Shown here one piece after another: positions 43,236-53,434 of a stretch of DNA of 64,000 bases. The position numbers and the translations under genes were made by a program. Each line of letters opens with the position of its first letter. Positions within the stretch are counted from its first letter, which is position 1. Where the stretch lies: assembly GCA_965247095.1 (NCBI GenBank), contig OZ251997.1:2496001-2560000 (forward strand). Direction: 5' to 3'. The notes below the pieces were generated by a model. That model worked only from the letters and a program-made list of their open reading frames with translations. It did no database searches and had not been told where the DNA came from. Source of the stretch: Candidatus Multivorans sp. Lineage in GTDB: Bacteria; Acidobacteriota; Thermoanaerobaculia; Multivoradales; Multivoraceae.

Positions 43236-44078
43236 GTGACTAAAGCTGGACGATCAGGCGGCTTCGCACGCAGCGGCGGGCGATCGGCCTCGGCCCTGAG
43301 GCCGGTGTCGATCGAACTGGACGCAATGAAATTCGCTGAAGGCTCGGCGCTGGTGGCATTCGGCGACACCCGGGTGCTCTGTTCCGCCAGCATCGAGCGG
43401 CGGGTGCCGCCCTTCCTGGTCGGCAAGGGCCGGGGTTGGCTGACCGCCGAGTACGCGATGCTGCCGCGGGCGACGCTGACCCGTTCGATGCGGGAAGTGT
43501 CGCGCGGCCGGCCGTCGGGCCGCACGTCGGAGATCCAGCGTCTGATCGGCCGCTCGCTTCGATCGGCGGTCAACATGCGCAAGCTCCCGGAGGTCACGAT
43601 CGCGATCGACTGCGACGTGATCCAGGCCGACGGCGGCACCCGGACCGCGTCGGTCACGGGCGGCTACGTCGCCACCGTTGCCGCGCTGGCGAAGATGCTG
43701 CTCGAGGGCGATCTGAAGACCTGGCCGCTGGTCCACTCGGTGGCGGCGGTGTCGGTCGGCATCTGCGAGGACGAGTTGCTGCTCGACCTCGAGTACGTCG
43801 AGGACCGGGACGCCCAGGTCGATCTGAACGTGGTGGCGACCGGCGAAGGCAGCCTGATCGAGGTGCAGGGCACCGCGGAAGGCCGGGTGTTCACGCGCCC
43901 GGAGTTCGATGGTCTGCTTGATCTCGCTCTTGCCGGTATCGTCGAGCTGACGGAACTGCAGCAGCGGACCCTCTCGGAGCGGCTGGCTGAAGTTGACGAC
44001 GCCCTGGATCGCCGCCGGCGAGGACCGGCAACGACCCGCGACGAGGCCAGTCTCTGGGGCCGACCTCCACGTGAGTAG
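43236..44078 (+). CDS. rph: Ribonuclease PH
   Basis: AEYAMLP, EIQRLIGRSLR, QADGGTRTAS, EVQGTAE. Confidence 0.97.
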   Translation: MTKAGRSGGFARSGGRSASALRPVSIELDAMKFAEGSALVAFGDTRVLCSASIERRVPPFLVGKGRGWLTAEYAMLPRATLTRSMREVSRGRPSGRTSEIQRLIGRSLRSAVNMRKLPEVTIAIDCDVIQADGGTRTASVTGGYVATVAALAKMLLEGDLKTWPLVHSVAAVSVGICEDELLLDLEYVEDRDAQVDLNVVATGEGSLIEVQGTAEGRVFTRPEFDGLLDLALAGIVELTELQQRTLSERLAEVDDALDRRRRGPATTRDEASLWGRPPRE

Positions 44079-44097
44079 CTGGGTTCTGGGCCTCCGT

Positions 44098-44234
44098 CCT
44101 GGGAACCCGGGTGGCGCGATCCGCGCCACACGTGAACCATCCGTGCGCCCGTCATCGGGCGCACGGATGGAACGCGGGCATCTTGCCCGCATCCGGCTCC
44201 GGCCCTGGGAACGCGGGCATCTTGCCCGCATCCG
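44098..44234 (-). repeat. Composite REP/BIME-like element plus one extra REP unit
   Basis: Inverted copy of 30581-30680 followed by CCCTGGGAACGCGGGCATCTTGCCCGCATCCG. Confidence 0.85.
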
Positions 44235-44262
44235 CTCCGCTTCGACAGCTTGAGGAGCCCCC

Positions 44263-45759
44263 GTGGACATCCACCTGATCGCGATCGGGGGCACCGGCAT
44301 GGCGCCCCTCGCCTGCCTGTTGCGGGAACTGGGCCACCAGGTCCGCGGCTCGGACGGACCTCTCTATTCACCGACCAGGGAGCTGCTGGCCGACGCGGGG
44401 ATCGAACCCCTGGCCGGCTACGACCCGGCCCACCTGCAGCCGCGGCCGGACCTGGTCATCGTTGGCAACGCGGTGCCGCGCACCAACCCGGAGGCGGTGG
44501 CGACCGAACAACTCGGCCTGCCGCGGCTGTCGATGCCCGAAGCGCTCAATCGCTTCGTGCTCCGGGACCGGCGACCGCTGGTCATCGCCGGCAGCCACGG
44601 CAAGACGACGACGACCGCGATGGCGGCCTGGGTCTACTCGCGCGCCGGCGCCGATCCGGGTTTTCTGATCGGCGGCGCGCCGATCGGCCTGCCTTCCGGC
44701 TTTGCGCTCGGCGGTGGACCGCGCTTCGCGATCGAGGGAGACGAGTACAACGCCTCCTACTTCGATCGCGGGCCGAAGTTCTGGCACTACCGGCCGGAAA
44801 CCCTGATCGTGACCAGCCTGGAGCACGACCACGTCGATCTCTATCCCGACTTCGAGGGCCTTCGGCAGGCCTTTGTGGGGCTGGTCGAGCGGCTGCCGCC
44901 GAGCGGGCTGCTGATCGCCTGCGCCGACTATCCGGCTGTCGAACGGCTGGTGTCGTCCAGCCCCTGCCGTGTCGTGACCTACGGTGCTGAGACCTGCGGC
45001 GCTGGGACGGGCGACATCCGGCTGGCCGGTCCGGTCGAGAGCGGCGAGAACGGCATCTCCTTCGAACTGGAAGAGGCCGGCGCCCGGCAGCGGATCGAAC
45101 TCGGGGTCTGGGGCGAACACAACGCGGCGAACGCGACGGCGGTCTGGATCGCGGCGCGGGCCGACGGTCTCGATCCCGGGGTTGTGCTGGAGGCGCTGGC
45201 TACGTTCCGGGGGGTACGGCGCCGGCTCGAGGTGGTTGGAGAGACCGCGGGCGTGGTCGTTGTCGACGACTTCGCCCATCATGCCTCGGAGGTGGCGGCC
45301 TCCCTCTCGGCGCTCCGGCAGCGGTTCCCGGGCCGCCGCCTGGTCGCCCTGTTCGAGCCGCGCAGCCTGAGCGCGGGTCGCCGTCAGTTCGCAGCCGACC
45401 TCGCGGCGGCCTTGGCGTCGGCCGACCGCGTCTTCCTGGCCCCCGTTTTCCACCGCGTGCGCCTGGGTGAGGAGGGCTTCGACCCGGAGCGGTTGACGGC
45501 GGACATCGAGCGACTCGGTGCGACCGCAACGGCGTGCGGATCGAACGACGAGTTGGTCGAGCAGGCGCTCGCGGAAGCCCGGCCCGGCGACGTCCTGGTC
45601 ACGATGTCCTCGGGATCGTTCGACGGCCTGCCGCAGCGACTAGACCGAAGTTCTGAGCTTCAAGTCGTGAAATCGCCTGTAGTGGTGGGCGTTTTCAGTT
45701 GTTCGGCGGTGTCTTGTACTGGGTACGTCGACTTCAGGGGCGGATGCCGAGTAGTTTGA
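44263..45759 (+). CDS. mpl: Murein peptide ligase (Mpl/MurC-like); native C-terminus displaced by IS1634
   Basis: IGGTGM, GSHGKTTTT, EGDEY, DDFAHH, MSSGSFDG; the last ~38 codons read into the IS. Confidence 0.85.
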   Translation: MDIHLIAIGGTGMAPLACLLRELGHQVRGSDGPLYSPTRELLADAGIEPLAGYDPAHLQPRPDLVIVGNAVPRTNPEAVATEQLGLPRLSMPEALNRFVLRDRRPLVIAGSHGKTTTTAMAAWVYSRAGADPGFLIGGAPIGLPSGFALGGGPRFAIEGDEYNASYFDRGPKFWHYRPETLIVTSLEHDHVDLYPDFEGLRQAFVGLVERLPPSGLLIACADYPAVERLVSSSPCRVVTYGAETCGAGTGDIRLAGPVESGENGISFELEEAGARQRIELGVWGEHNAANATAVWIAARADGLDPGVVLEALATFRGVRRRLEVVGETAGVVVVDDFAHHASEVAASLSALRQRFPGRRLVALFEPRSLSAGRRQFAADLAAALASADRVFLAPVFHRVRLGEEGFDPERLTADIERLGATATACGSNDELVEQALAEARPGDVLVTMSSGSFDGLPQRLDRSSELQVVKSPVVVGVFSCSAVSCTGYVDFRGGCRVV

Positions 45760-47611
45760 AGGCTTCGTTCTGGAGTGGAGTGGGCCGTGCGAGGACGTCG
45801 GCGGTGGAGTCGGCCTTGCCGTGCATCCGCACGCGGTTTCGGGTCAGCGTGGCCAGGTCGGCGAGCAAGGTCTGGAAGCTGTGGACGGGGAGTCCGTCGG
45901 GGGTCCTCCGGGAGTTGGCCTTGGTCATTGCCTCGTGCGACCTTCGCGCGGGATCGACGGGCGACTCGCGTTGGTCGTCGCGGCGTTGGTCGTCGAAGAG
46001 GAGGGGCGCCAGGGTCCGGCGCATGTGCCACTCGACGTAGTAGGCGAGCATGCAGAGGAAGACGTGGGCGCGTACCCTCGAGGCTAGGCGATGGTGGACG
46101 GGGCGCACTTTGAGGTCGACGCTCTTGTAGGAGCGGAAGGCGCGTTCGACGCGGCTGAGGCTCTTGTAGGCGCGGACCGCATCGGCTGCCGGCAGTTCGT
46201 CTTCGGGGACGTTGGTGCGGATGACGTAGAAGCCGTCGAGAGCGGCTTCCTCGGCGATGCGCGCCTCGTTGCGGCGGTATTGGAAGCCGTCCTCTTCGAT
46301 CTCGACCTCGAAGTGCTTGCCGACCTTGTAGGCGCCCAGGGCGCGGTCCGCGCGCACGGCGATGGCGTCCTTGCCGCGCAGGGGGTTCTTCTTGCGCCGC
46401 GTCGCCGCAACGACGGCGTCGAGCTTGCGCTCGGTGGATTCGAGAAGCTCCTGGCGCTTGCGGCCGCGTTCCTCCGCCAGAAGCGGGTTCCGGCACACCA
46501 CGAGGCGCTCCTTGGGGTACAGCTCCGGGACGCTGATCTCGGCCATCTTCCGCTGGTCGAAGAGCGACAGTTGCAGGTGGCCTTCCTGGGCCAGCGTCCT
46601 GATCGCCGGCGCGCGCAGGGCGCTGATCCAGGACAGGCCCGCGGGGTCGAGGTCCTCGCGGATGCGCGCGTCGGTGATCAGGCCCCGGTCTGAGACCATC
46701 ACGATCCTCTCCAGCGAGAAGCGGTCGCGGAGCTTCTGCACCTGGGCGTTCAGGGTCGTCGGATCGGCCGTGTTGCCCTCGAATACCTCGACCGCGACCG
46801 GGCATCCGTCCCGGCTGCAGAGCAGGCCGAAGACGATCTGGACCTTGCCTCTCTTCTTGTCCCTGGAGTAGCCGTGCCTGGCCAGCGTGCACTTCCTGCC
46901 CTCAAAGTAGACCGAGGTCACGTCGTAAAGCACCAGCGAGCCGTCTTCCAGATGCCGCCGGGCAAGAGTCCGCTCGATGCGCGGCTGTCTTTCGAGCAGC
47001 CAGTCCATGGCGCCGTAGAGTTCGTCGGCCGAGGCCTCCTGCACGCCGAGTTCCTCGCCGAGGGTGTGGCTCATGGTCTCGCTCGCGAGTCCGCGGGCGG
47101 TGGCGAGCTTGGATCGCGGCTCGAGGATGCGGGCCGCGATCATGGCCAGCGCCAGTGCCCGTTCGCGCGAGGGCCGTCGGTCGAGGAGTCGTTCGATGCC
47201 GAGGCTTCGGGCCACGCCGAGGACGGCGGCGACATGGCCGTGCGGTCTGGCGCGCAGGATTTCGAAGGCGGCCTCGAGCGAAGGCAGGGCGACTCCTCCC
47301 TTGAGCAGGGTTCTGAGTCCTTCGACGAGTTGGTCGGGCCACTTGGAGAGGTTGGCGAGAGTGCGTTTCTTGACCTTTCCGTCCTGTCGGTAGGACTCTC
47401 TCAGCAGGACGGCGGGTGGTGAGTTTCGGTTGGGTACCCGTTCGATGTACATGGCTTCTCATTGTAGACGAAACCATTCAGAATGTCTACATGCCACGAG
47501 ATCCTTACATGGCTACCAATGGCAGAAAACAGGGGCGGCCCAACACCCGAAAACCCAAGCACTGCAACGCCTCTCGACGACGAGGAGGCCCCAGGAGCCT
47601 CAGAACTTCGG
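45645..47611 (-). mobile_element. IS1634-family insertion sequence
   Basis: Perfect 13-bp TIRs CCGAAGTTCTGAG; 6-bp duplication ACTAGA (45639-44, 47612-17). Confidence 0.93.
45734..47452 (-). CDS. IS1634 transposase
   Basis: LLRESYR..GKVKKRTLANLS, LYDVTSVYFEG, SDRG, VERAFRSYK, AHVFLC. Confidence 0.92.
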   Translation of the reverse strand: MYIERVPNRNSPPAVLLRESYRQDGKVKKRTLANLSKWPDQLVEGLRTLLKGGVALPSLEAAFEILRARPHGHVAAVLGVARSLGIERLLDRRPSRERALALAMIAARILEPRSKLATARGLASETMSHTLGEELGVQEASADELYGAMDWLLERQPRIERTLARRHLEDGSLVLYDVTSVYFEGRKCTLARHGYSRDKKRGKVQIVFGLLCSRDGCPVAVEVFEGNTADPTTLNAQVQKLRDRFSLERIVMVSDRGLITDARIREDLDPAGLSWISALRAPAIRTLAQEGHLQLSLFDQRKMAEISVPELYPKERLVVCRNPLLAEERGRKRQELLESTERKLDAVVAATRRKKNPLRGKDAIAVRADRALGAYKVGKHFEVEIEEDGFQYRRNEARIAEEAALDGFYVIRTNVPEDELPAADAVRAYKSLSRVERAFRSYKSVDLKVRPVHHRLASRVRAHVFLCMLAYYVEWHMRRTLAPLLFDDQRRDDQRESPVDPARRSHEAMTKANSRRTPDGLPVHSFQTLLADLATLTRNRVRMHGKADSTADVLARPTPLQNEAFKLLGIRP

Positions 47612-47624
47612 ACTAGAGACGCGA

Positions 47625-48506
47625 CTAGAGATGGGTCTCGAGGATCTGCCGGGCGGAGAGTCCCGGTAGGCGTAGCGCGTCGGCGCCGGCCGGCGGCACC
47701 ACACGGCGCGGCGCGAGGCCGACGAGTTCCGTCTCGACGACCTGGAGGCCGGCCGCTTGCGCGAGCTCGTCGGCCCGCTGGACGACATCGAGCAGCGACG
47801 CCCGGTCGCAGTCGGTCAGGTTGACGCTGACCTGGACCTGTCCGCGGCTTTCGAGAAAGAAGCCGAGCGCGCGCACGCCCGGCGGACCGCCGCCGGATTC
47901 ACGCAGGGAGGCCGCGATCCGCTTCGCCGCCGCGAGCTGGTCCGTATCGAGGAGCAGATTGAAAGCCACCAACGGTGGCCGGGCGCCTACGCACACCGCG
48001 CCGCCGGTGGGATGGAGCCGATGCGGCCCGCGGTCGGGCAGCCACTCGCCGCTCGCCATCCGCTCGGCGAGGCGCCTGAGGCCGCCGCGGCGATGATCGG
48101 CGAGCGCGACCCTACCGGGATCCGGGGCCGCCTTGCCGTAGAGGAACACCGGCAGGCCGAGCGCGCCGAGCGCGTTTGCCGTGCGATGTGCGGCTTCAAT
48201 CGCCGCCGGCATCGCGTCCTGCTCCAGCGGCACGAAGGGAACCACGTCCAGGGCGCCTAGAAGGGGATGAACGCCTTGGTGGCTTCCCACGTCGATGTAC
48301 TCGGCTGCCGCGGCGGCAAGGGCCTCGATCGCTCCCACGAGTTCGGCAGCTTCGGCCAACAGAGTCAGCACGGTCCGGTTGTGGTCCGGGTCTGACGACA
48401 CGTCGAGGACCCGCACGCCGGGCGCCGACGCGGCCTCTACGCAAGCGTCGATGATCTCTCTGCACCGGCCTTCACTGATGTTCGGCACGCATTGCAGTCG
48501 GACCAT
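47625..48506 (-). CDS. Glutamate formiminotransferase
   Basis: CVPNISEG, DPDHNRTV, HQGVHP..GALDVVPF, QVSVNL. Confidence 0.92.
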   Translation of the reverse strand: MVRLQCVPNISEGRCREIIDACVEAASAPGVRVLDVSSDPDHNRTVLTLLAEAAELVGAIEALAAAAAEYIDVGSHQGVHPLLGALDVVPFVPLEQDAMPAAIEAAHRTANALGALGLPVFLYGKAAPDPGRVALADHRRGGLRRLAERMASGEWLPDRGPHRLHPTGGAVCVGARPPLVAFNLLLDTDQLAAAKRIAASLRESGGGPPGVRALGFFLESRGQVQVSVNLTDCDRASLLDVVQRADELAQAAGLQVVETELVGLAPRRVVPPAGADALRLPGLSARQILETHL

Positions 48507-48614
48507 GCGGTCAGGCTAGCAACCGAGAGAAGGCTCTTCGTGGCTTGACCGATGTGGCAGGCGGAAGTACGTTGCCCGGGTGAACCCCGCCGGGCCTAGT
48601 CAGGCCGGAGACGA

Positions 48615-49385
48615 ATGATCGAGGGCCGCGACTTCGCCGCGGCCAGCATGATCGGCGCGCGGAGGCGCCAGGAGGACGACTGGGGCGTCAACGTCGTGTC
48701 CGAGGAATCCGGCGACGACGCGCTGCTTCTCGCGGCGGTCGCGGACGGCATGGGTGGGATGCCCGCGGGCGACCAGGCGAGCAGGATCACGATCAGGGGA
48801 CTCTTCGGCAGCTACCCGCTGATCGCGAAGCCGCCCGCCGAGCGTCTGCGCCTTGCGCTCGCCCACGCGAACCACGCGGTGAGGGCTGCGATCGAGGCCG
48901 ACCCGTCGCTGCGGGGCATGGGGTCCACTCTGGTGGCGGCGCTGTTCTACGAGGACCACTTCCGCTGGTTGAGCGTCGGCGACTCGCACATCTTCTACTG
49001 GCGCGGCGGTGAGCTGGAGCGCGTCAATCCGCTCCACACATACGGCCGCGAACTCGACGCCCGGGCTGCACGTGGGGAGATCACAGCGAGCCACGCCGCC
49101 CTCCATCCCGACCGGGCCGCGATCACCAGCGCTGTGATGGGCCGGCCGCTTGGCGAGGTGGCCGAAGGTGAACGCGACCTGGCGGCCGGCGACGTTGTCA
49201 TCCTGGCGAGTGACGGCACCGAGACGCTGTCCGATGAGGAGGTCGCCGCCATCTGCGCGGACTTCCGAACAGCGGGGGCTTCGCGGATCGCCGAGGCGAT
49301 GATTCGCCGGGTCGAAGGGAAGGCGATTCCCTGGCAGGACAACGCGACGGTTGTCGTCGTATGCCCCGTTTCGCGCGCGGACTGA
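48615..49385 (+). CDS. PP2C-family Ser/Thr phosphatase
   Basis: RRRQED, VADGMGG, MGST, VGDS, ASDG, DNAT. Confidence 0.9.
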   Translation: MIEGRDFAAASMIGARRRQEDDWGVNVVSEESGDDALLLAAVADGMGGMPAGDQASRITIRGLFGSYPLIAKPPAERLRLALAHANHAVRAAIEADPSLRGMGSTLVAALFYEDHFRWLSVGDSHIFYWRGGELERVNPLHTYGRELDARAARGEITASHAALHPDRAAITSAVMGRPLGEVAEGERDLAAGDVVILASDGTETLSDEEVAAICADFRTAGASRIAEAMIRRVEGKAIPWQDNATVVVVCPVSRAD

Positions 49386-49448
49386 AGAGCAGGCGTTCGT
49401 TGCGCTAGATTGATGCCCTGGATTTCTCACGCAGGGAGGAAGCAGCCA

Positions 49449-50282
49449 ATGAAGAGGACCTTCGCGCATGCCGCGTTTCTGTTCGTCCTGCTGCCAGCAG
49501 CGACCGCGGGCTTCGAGGCTCAACCCGCGACTCAGGAGCGCACCGCTCTGGAGCCGGGAGACACCTTCTCGGACACCTTGAGTTCGGGCGGTTCGGGCCC
49601 GGAGATGGTTGTGATTCCGTCGGGCACCTTTCGTATGGGGTGCCTCTCGGTTGAAGGGTGCAGCGAGTACGAGCTTCCGGTCCGCGAAGTAACGATCGAA
49701 CAGCCGTTCGCGGTATCGAAGTACGTCGTCACGCTCGCGGAGTTCAACCCCTTCGCGCCGGGGCGAGCGCAAAAGGGCTACAAGTTTGAAGGTCCAGGGG
49801 CCAGCGCGGCGAGTTGGGTGTCGTGGGCCGACGCCAGTGCCTACGTGGTGTAGCTGTCTCAGGAGACTGGTGAGAAGTATCGGCTACTGAGTGAGGCCGA
49901 GTGGGAGTACGTTGCCCGGGCGGGTTCGACGACCCCTTACCCATGGGGCGAGGAGTTCGGCGCCAACCATGCGAACTGCTGGGCCTGTGAGGACGAGTTC
50001 CAGTTCTCGGCGCCGGTGGGCCGGTTCCCACCGAACGCCTGGGGCCTCCACGACATGGTGGGCAACGGCTGGGAGTGGGTCGAGGACTGCTGGAACGACA
50101 ACCACGAGGGCGCTCCCTCCGATGCCAGCGCCCGGCTCGAAGGCGACTGCTCGTACCACGTGATCCGCGGCGGTTCTTGGCGCGACGGCCCGACGGAACT
50201 ACGCTCCGCCTTCCGCCGCCCGGTGGAAAAGCGCCGGTTCAAGGGAGAGAACTTCCGCGTCGCGCGGGTGCTCGCGCCCTGA
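49449..50282 (+). pseudogene. FGE-sulfatase (SUMF1)-domain protein with in-frame TAG at 49851
   Basis: GTFRMG, VSWADA then TAG where Trp is expected; continues in frame YRLLSEAEWEY..NAWGLHDMVGN..RGGSW. Confidence 0.85.
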
Positions 50283-50306
50283 CGTCCGGGGCTGCGAGGC
50301 CCCGCG

Positions 50307-50590
50307 CTACACCAGCCGACCCAGCAGCGTAAGCGCCGGAGCGACACGTATGCCCTCGGGCGTCACATAGTCCTTCGATCCGGTCGCCGATACCTGCCAG
50401 GCCTCGCAGTCCGGGAACCGGACCTTGAAGTAGCGGAGGCTCTTCTCGAGCTTGGCGTCGGCCCGCTTGCATTCGACGCACAGCAACGGCCGCGGGCGGT
50501 CGGTGACCACGAAGTCGACCTCCCGGCCGTCCGTGTCGCGGAAGTACCGGAGTTCGGGGTCGCGCCCCTGGGTGTCCTGCTGGTGGTGAA
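50307..50590 (-). pseudogene. C-terminal fragment of AAA ATPase (DUF4143 type)
   Basis: LRYFRDTDGREVDFVV..VECK; no N-terminal ATPase domain. Confidence 0.65.
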
Positions 50591-50761
50591 CCACGGTTCT
50601 TTGACCACAGGAGAAAACGTCCCCGGACATTCTGGACTGCGCGGAAAATTGCGCCGGCGCCAACCGTGTAGCGGCTTGACGGCTGGTGGCCGTTGGGCGA
50701 TACTGGCCAACACTTCTTAGGTGCTTGAGGTTGCCAGGTCTTCAAGAGGAGGTCTTGACCG

Positions 50762-51211
50762 ATGCGAAAGTTCATTCTGCTGTCGTTCGTCGTGTTGTTG
50801 GTTGCGTCGGTGGCCAGCGCTCAGGAAAGCGCGGTCTCCGGGCGGCTGGTGAACGCCTCTGGCGTGGGGCTCGATGGCGTCGCAGTCGAGCTTGTCGCGG
50901 CGGAAGGCGGACAACCCGTCGGGAACGCGTTGCAGACCGTGAGGACCGGTGCGCGCGGAGTCTGGGCCTTCAGCGGCGTACCCATAGGCGAGTGGGTGGT
51001 CCGCGCCGTGATCGACGGGTCGACGGTCGGCATTCCGGTGACCGTCGGCGCCGCACCGGTGGCTGGCGTCGTGCTCGCGGCCCCCAGCGCCGTTGGCGCG
51101 GCTGCCGGGGCTGCCGCCGCGGGAGGCGGCTTGTCGGCGGCAGCGCTCGCGGGAATAGCCGGCGCGGCTGCCGTGGCTACTATTGGGATGTGGCGCGACG
51201 ACCTGAGCTGA
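50762..51211 (+). CDS. Small secreted carboxypeptidase-regulatory-like domain protein with Ala/Gly-rich C-terminal anchor
   Basis: GGAGG RBS; signal peptide; VSGRLVNASG..G.W.FSGVP.GEW. Confidence 0.7.
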   Translation: MRKFILLSFVVLLVASVASAQESAVSGRLVNASGVGLDGVAVELVAAEGGQPVGNALQTVRTGARGVWAFSGVPIGEWVVRAVIDGSTVGIPVTVGAAPVAGVVLAAPSAVGAAAGAAAAGGGLSAAALAGIAGAAAVATIGMWRDDLS

Positions 51212-51302
51212 CAGGTCGCTGCCGGCAGTTCCCTCACGGAGACTGCGCCTTCCGGAGTGGGCGCAACGGCTCCTGCTTGGAGCTGGTCTTCTCTGCGCCA
51301 CC

Positions 51303-51899
51303 GTGTCGGGCGTGGCGGTCTACCACGCCGTCGGTCCTTACGGCGACGGTCCCTTCGGCGCTGGGTTCCGCCGCATCGCCCGTCCGGACGGCCAGGGTTC
51401 AACGCTCGTACGGGACTTCCACTACGCCGGCCAGACCGTTCGAGCGGTAATCGACGAACGCAGCCGCCGGGCGTCGGAGTTGCGGTTCGACCTCGACGCC
51501 GACGGCGTGCCCGAGACCCGGGCCCATGTCGACTCGGAGCAGGATGGCGTCCGCGTGGAGCGCGATCTCGACGCCGACGGCGTGACCGATCGCTGGGAGT
51601 ACTACGCCGACCTGCGGGAGGCCCAGGCCGGACGGCTCGAGAAGCTCGGTTTCTCCCTCGCCGGCGACGCGGTGGCCGACGCGTGGGCGTTCCACGGGGC
51701 GGACGGGCAGCTCGTCCGCCTGGAGGTGTCCACGCGGCGTGACGGCGTCGTCGACCGCTGGGAGCACTACGAAGACGGGGTGATGGTCCGCACCGAGTCG
51801 GACGACGACGGCGACGGCCGCATCGACACCTGGTCGACCTACGTGAACGGCATTCTCGCCGCGACCGGCGCCGCACCCGTCGACGACGAGCGGCCATGA
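51303..51899 (+). CDS. DxDxDG-repeat protein (start may be upstream, ~51219)
   Basis: DLDADGVPET, DLDADGVTDRWEYY, DGVVDRWEHY, DDDGDGRIDTW. Confidence 0.7.
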   Translation: MSGVAVYHAVGPYGDGPFGAGFRRIARPDGQGSTLVRDFHYAGQTVRAVIDERSRRASELRFDLDADGVPETRAHVDSEQDGVRVERDLDADGVTDRWEYYADLREAQAGRLEKLGFSLAGDAVADAWAFHGADGQLVRLEVSTRRDGVVDRWEHYEDGVMVRTESDDDGDGRIDTWSTYVNGILAATGAAPVDDERP

Positions 51900-53320
51900 G
51901 CGTCGGCCGGCTGCGATGGTTCGTCCCGGCGACGACGCTCCTGCTCGCCTGGGGCGCTCTGGCGTTCGGGGCGGAGTACCCGTGGGCGTACGTGCCGCTT
52001 CTCGTCTGCTGCACGACGGTGGGGCTTGTCGTGCTTGTCGCCGTCCCCGGCCGGCGCGAAGCGAGGACGGTCTTCGCGGCTCTCGCCCTGGTGTTCTGCG
52101 CGGGAACGCTGCAGGTCGTGCCGCTGCCGGAACGCGTGCTGACCTTCATCAGCCCGGCGCGCTTCGAGCACGACTTCGAGGCCCTCCACGCGGCCGCGAC
52201 GATGGCGGCGCTTCGCGCGGATCCGTCGGCCGGCCTCCAGCTCCACACCATCTCCATCGCGCCGTCCCGGACCCTGCTCGCGTTGGCCTTCCTGGCCGCG
52301 CTCTCGATCTTCTTCCTGGCTTGCGTGCGCGCGCTGTCGGTTGTCCGCGCGTCGGTGCTGGCCCGACGCCTCGTCGTCCTGGGGCTCGTCGTCGCCGTCG
52401 TGGCCATTGCGCAGGAAGCGAGCGGCAGCCTGCGCGCCTACGGCGTGTGGTTTCCGCGCAAGGCGTGGGAGCCAGCCGCTCCGTTCATTAACGAGAACCA
52501 CCTCGCCGGCTGGTTGGTGATGACGTTCTCGCTGTCGGCTGGCTACCTCTGCGGGGGTCTGGCGCGCGGCCTGCGAAGCCGGCCGCGAGGCTGGCGCGAC
52601 AGCGTGGTCCGGCTCGCGTCGCGCCATGTGAACGAACTCGTGCTGGTCGGGTTCGCGGCCCTGGTGATGCTGGTCGCCGTTTTCCTCACGGGCTCCGTCT
52701 CGGGCATGGTCTGCCTGATCGCGGCATCTTGGGCCCTGGCCGCTCTGGCGCTGCGACGGCATCAGGCAGCGGGCCGGGCAACGCGCCGGTTCGTGTGGAT
52801 TCCGCTCGTTCTCGCCCTGGCGCCCGTCGCCGCCGCCCTGTGGGCCGGTCTGGACATGGTGAGGACGGAGGCCGCGGAGACCCTGGCGACCGCGCTCGAC
52901 GTCGAGGGTCGGGTCGGCCTCTGGCAGGACACCCTTCGGATGGTCGGAGACTTTCCGCTCGTCGGCACGGGGCTCAACTCCTACGGCGTGGCCATGCTGG
53001 TCTACCAGACCCACGAGGTGCGGATGCACGCCGTCGAGGCGCACAACGAGTATCTGCAACTCGCGGCCGAAGGCGGCGTACTGCTCGGCCTGCCGACCGC
53101 GTTCGCGGTCGTGGCCTTCGTCCGGGCCGTGCGCCGTCGTTTCCGGGACAACGTGGACGATTCCCGGACCTGGTGGTTTCGAGCCGGCGCCGTGACGGGG
53201 CTCTGCGGGCTGGCTCTGCAATCCCTGGTCGACTTCAGTCTCCAGATGCCGGGCAACGCCGTGCTGTTCGTGCTGCTGATGGCGATCGCAGTCCATCGGC
53301 CGCGCTGGCGGCGCCGCTAG
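51896..53320 (+). CDS. O-antigen ligase (Wzy_C) family membrane protein
   Basis: Many TM segments; PFINENHLAG, R..LW, FPLVGTG, AHNEYLQ, DFSLQMP. Confidence 0.85.
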   Translation: MSVGRLRWFVPATTLLLAWGALAFGAEYPWAYVPLLVCCTTVGLVVLVAVPGRREARTVFAALALVFCAGTLQVVPLPERVLTFISPARFEHDFEALHAAATMAALRADPSAGLQLHTISIAPSRTLLALAFLAALSIFFLACVRALSVVRASVLARRLVVLGLVVAVVAIAQEASGSLRAYGVWFPRKAWEPAAPFINENHLAGWLVMTFSLSAGYLCGGLARGLRSRPRGWRDSVVRLASRHVNELVLVGFAALVMLVAVFLTGSVSGMVCLIAASWALAALALRRHQAAGRATRRFVWIPLVLALAPVAAALWAGLDMVRTEAAETLATALDVEGRVGLWQDTLRMVGDFPLVGTGLNSYGVAMLVYQTHEVRMHAVEAHNEYLQLAAEGGVLLGLPTAFAVVAFVRAVRRRFRDNVDDSRTWWFRAGAVTGLCGLALQSLVDFSLQMPGNAVLFVLLMAIAVHRPRWRRR

Positions 53321-53434
53321 CAGTCTGTCGGATTGCCCGCGCCGCAGGAACCGGGCGAGCCGGCGTCCCCGCCGGCTTCTGACAAGGACGCGCCGCGAAG
53401 CGGCGACCATCTTGCAGCGCTAGCATCGACGGCC

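Noticed and set aside
49851-49853. TAG recoding or readthrough in the FGE gene
   Set aside because: TAG terminates many intact genes in the window; a TGG-to-TAG change or sequence error is simpler
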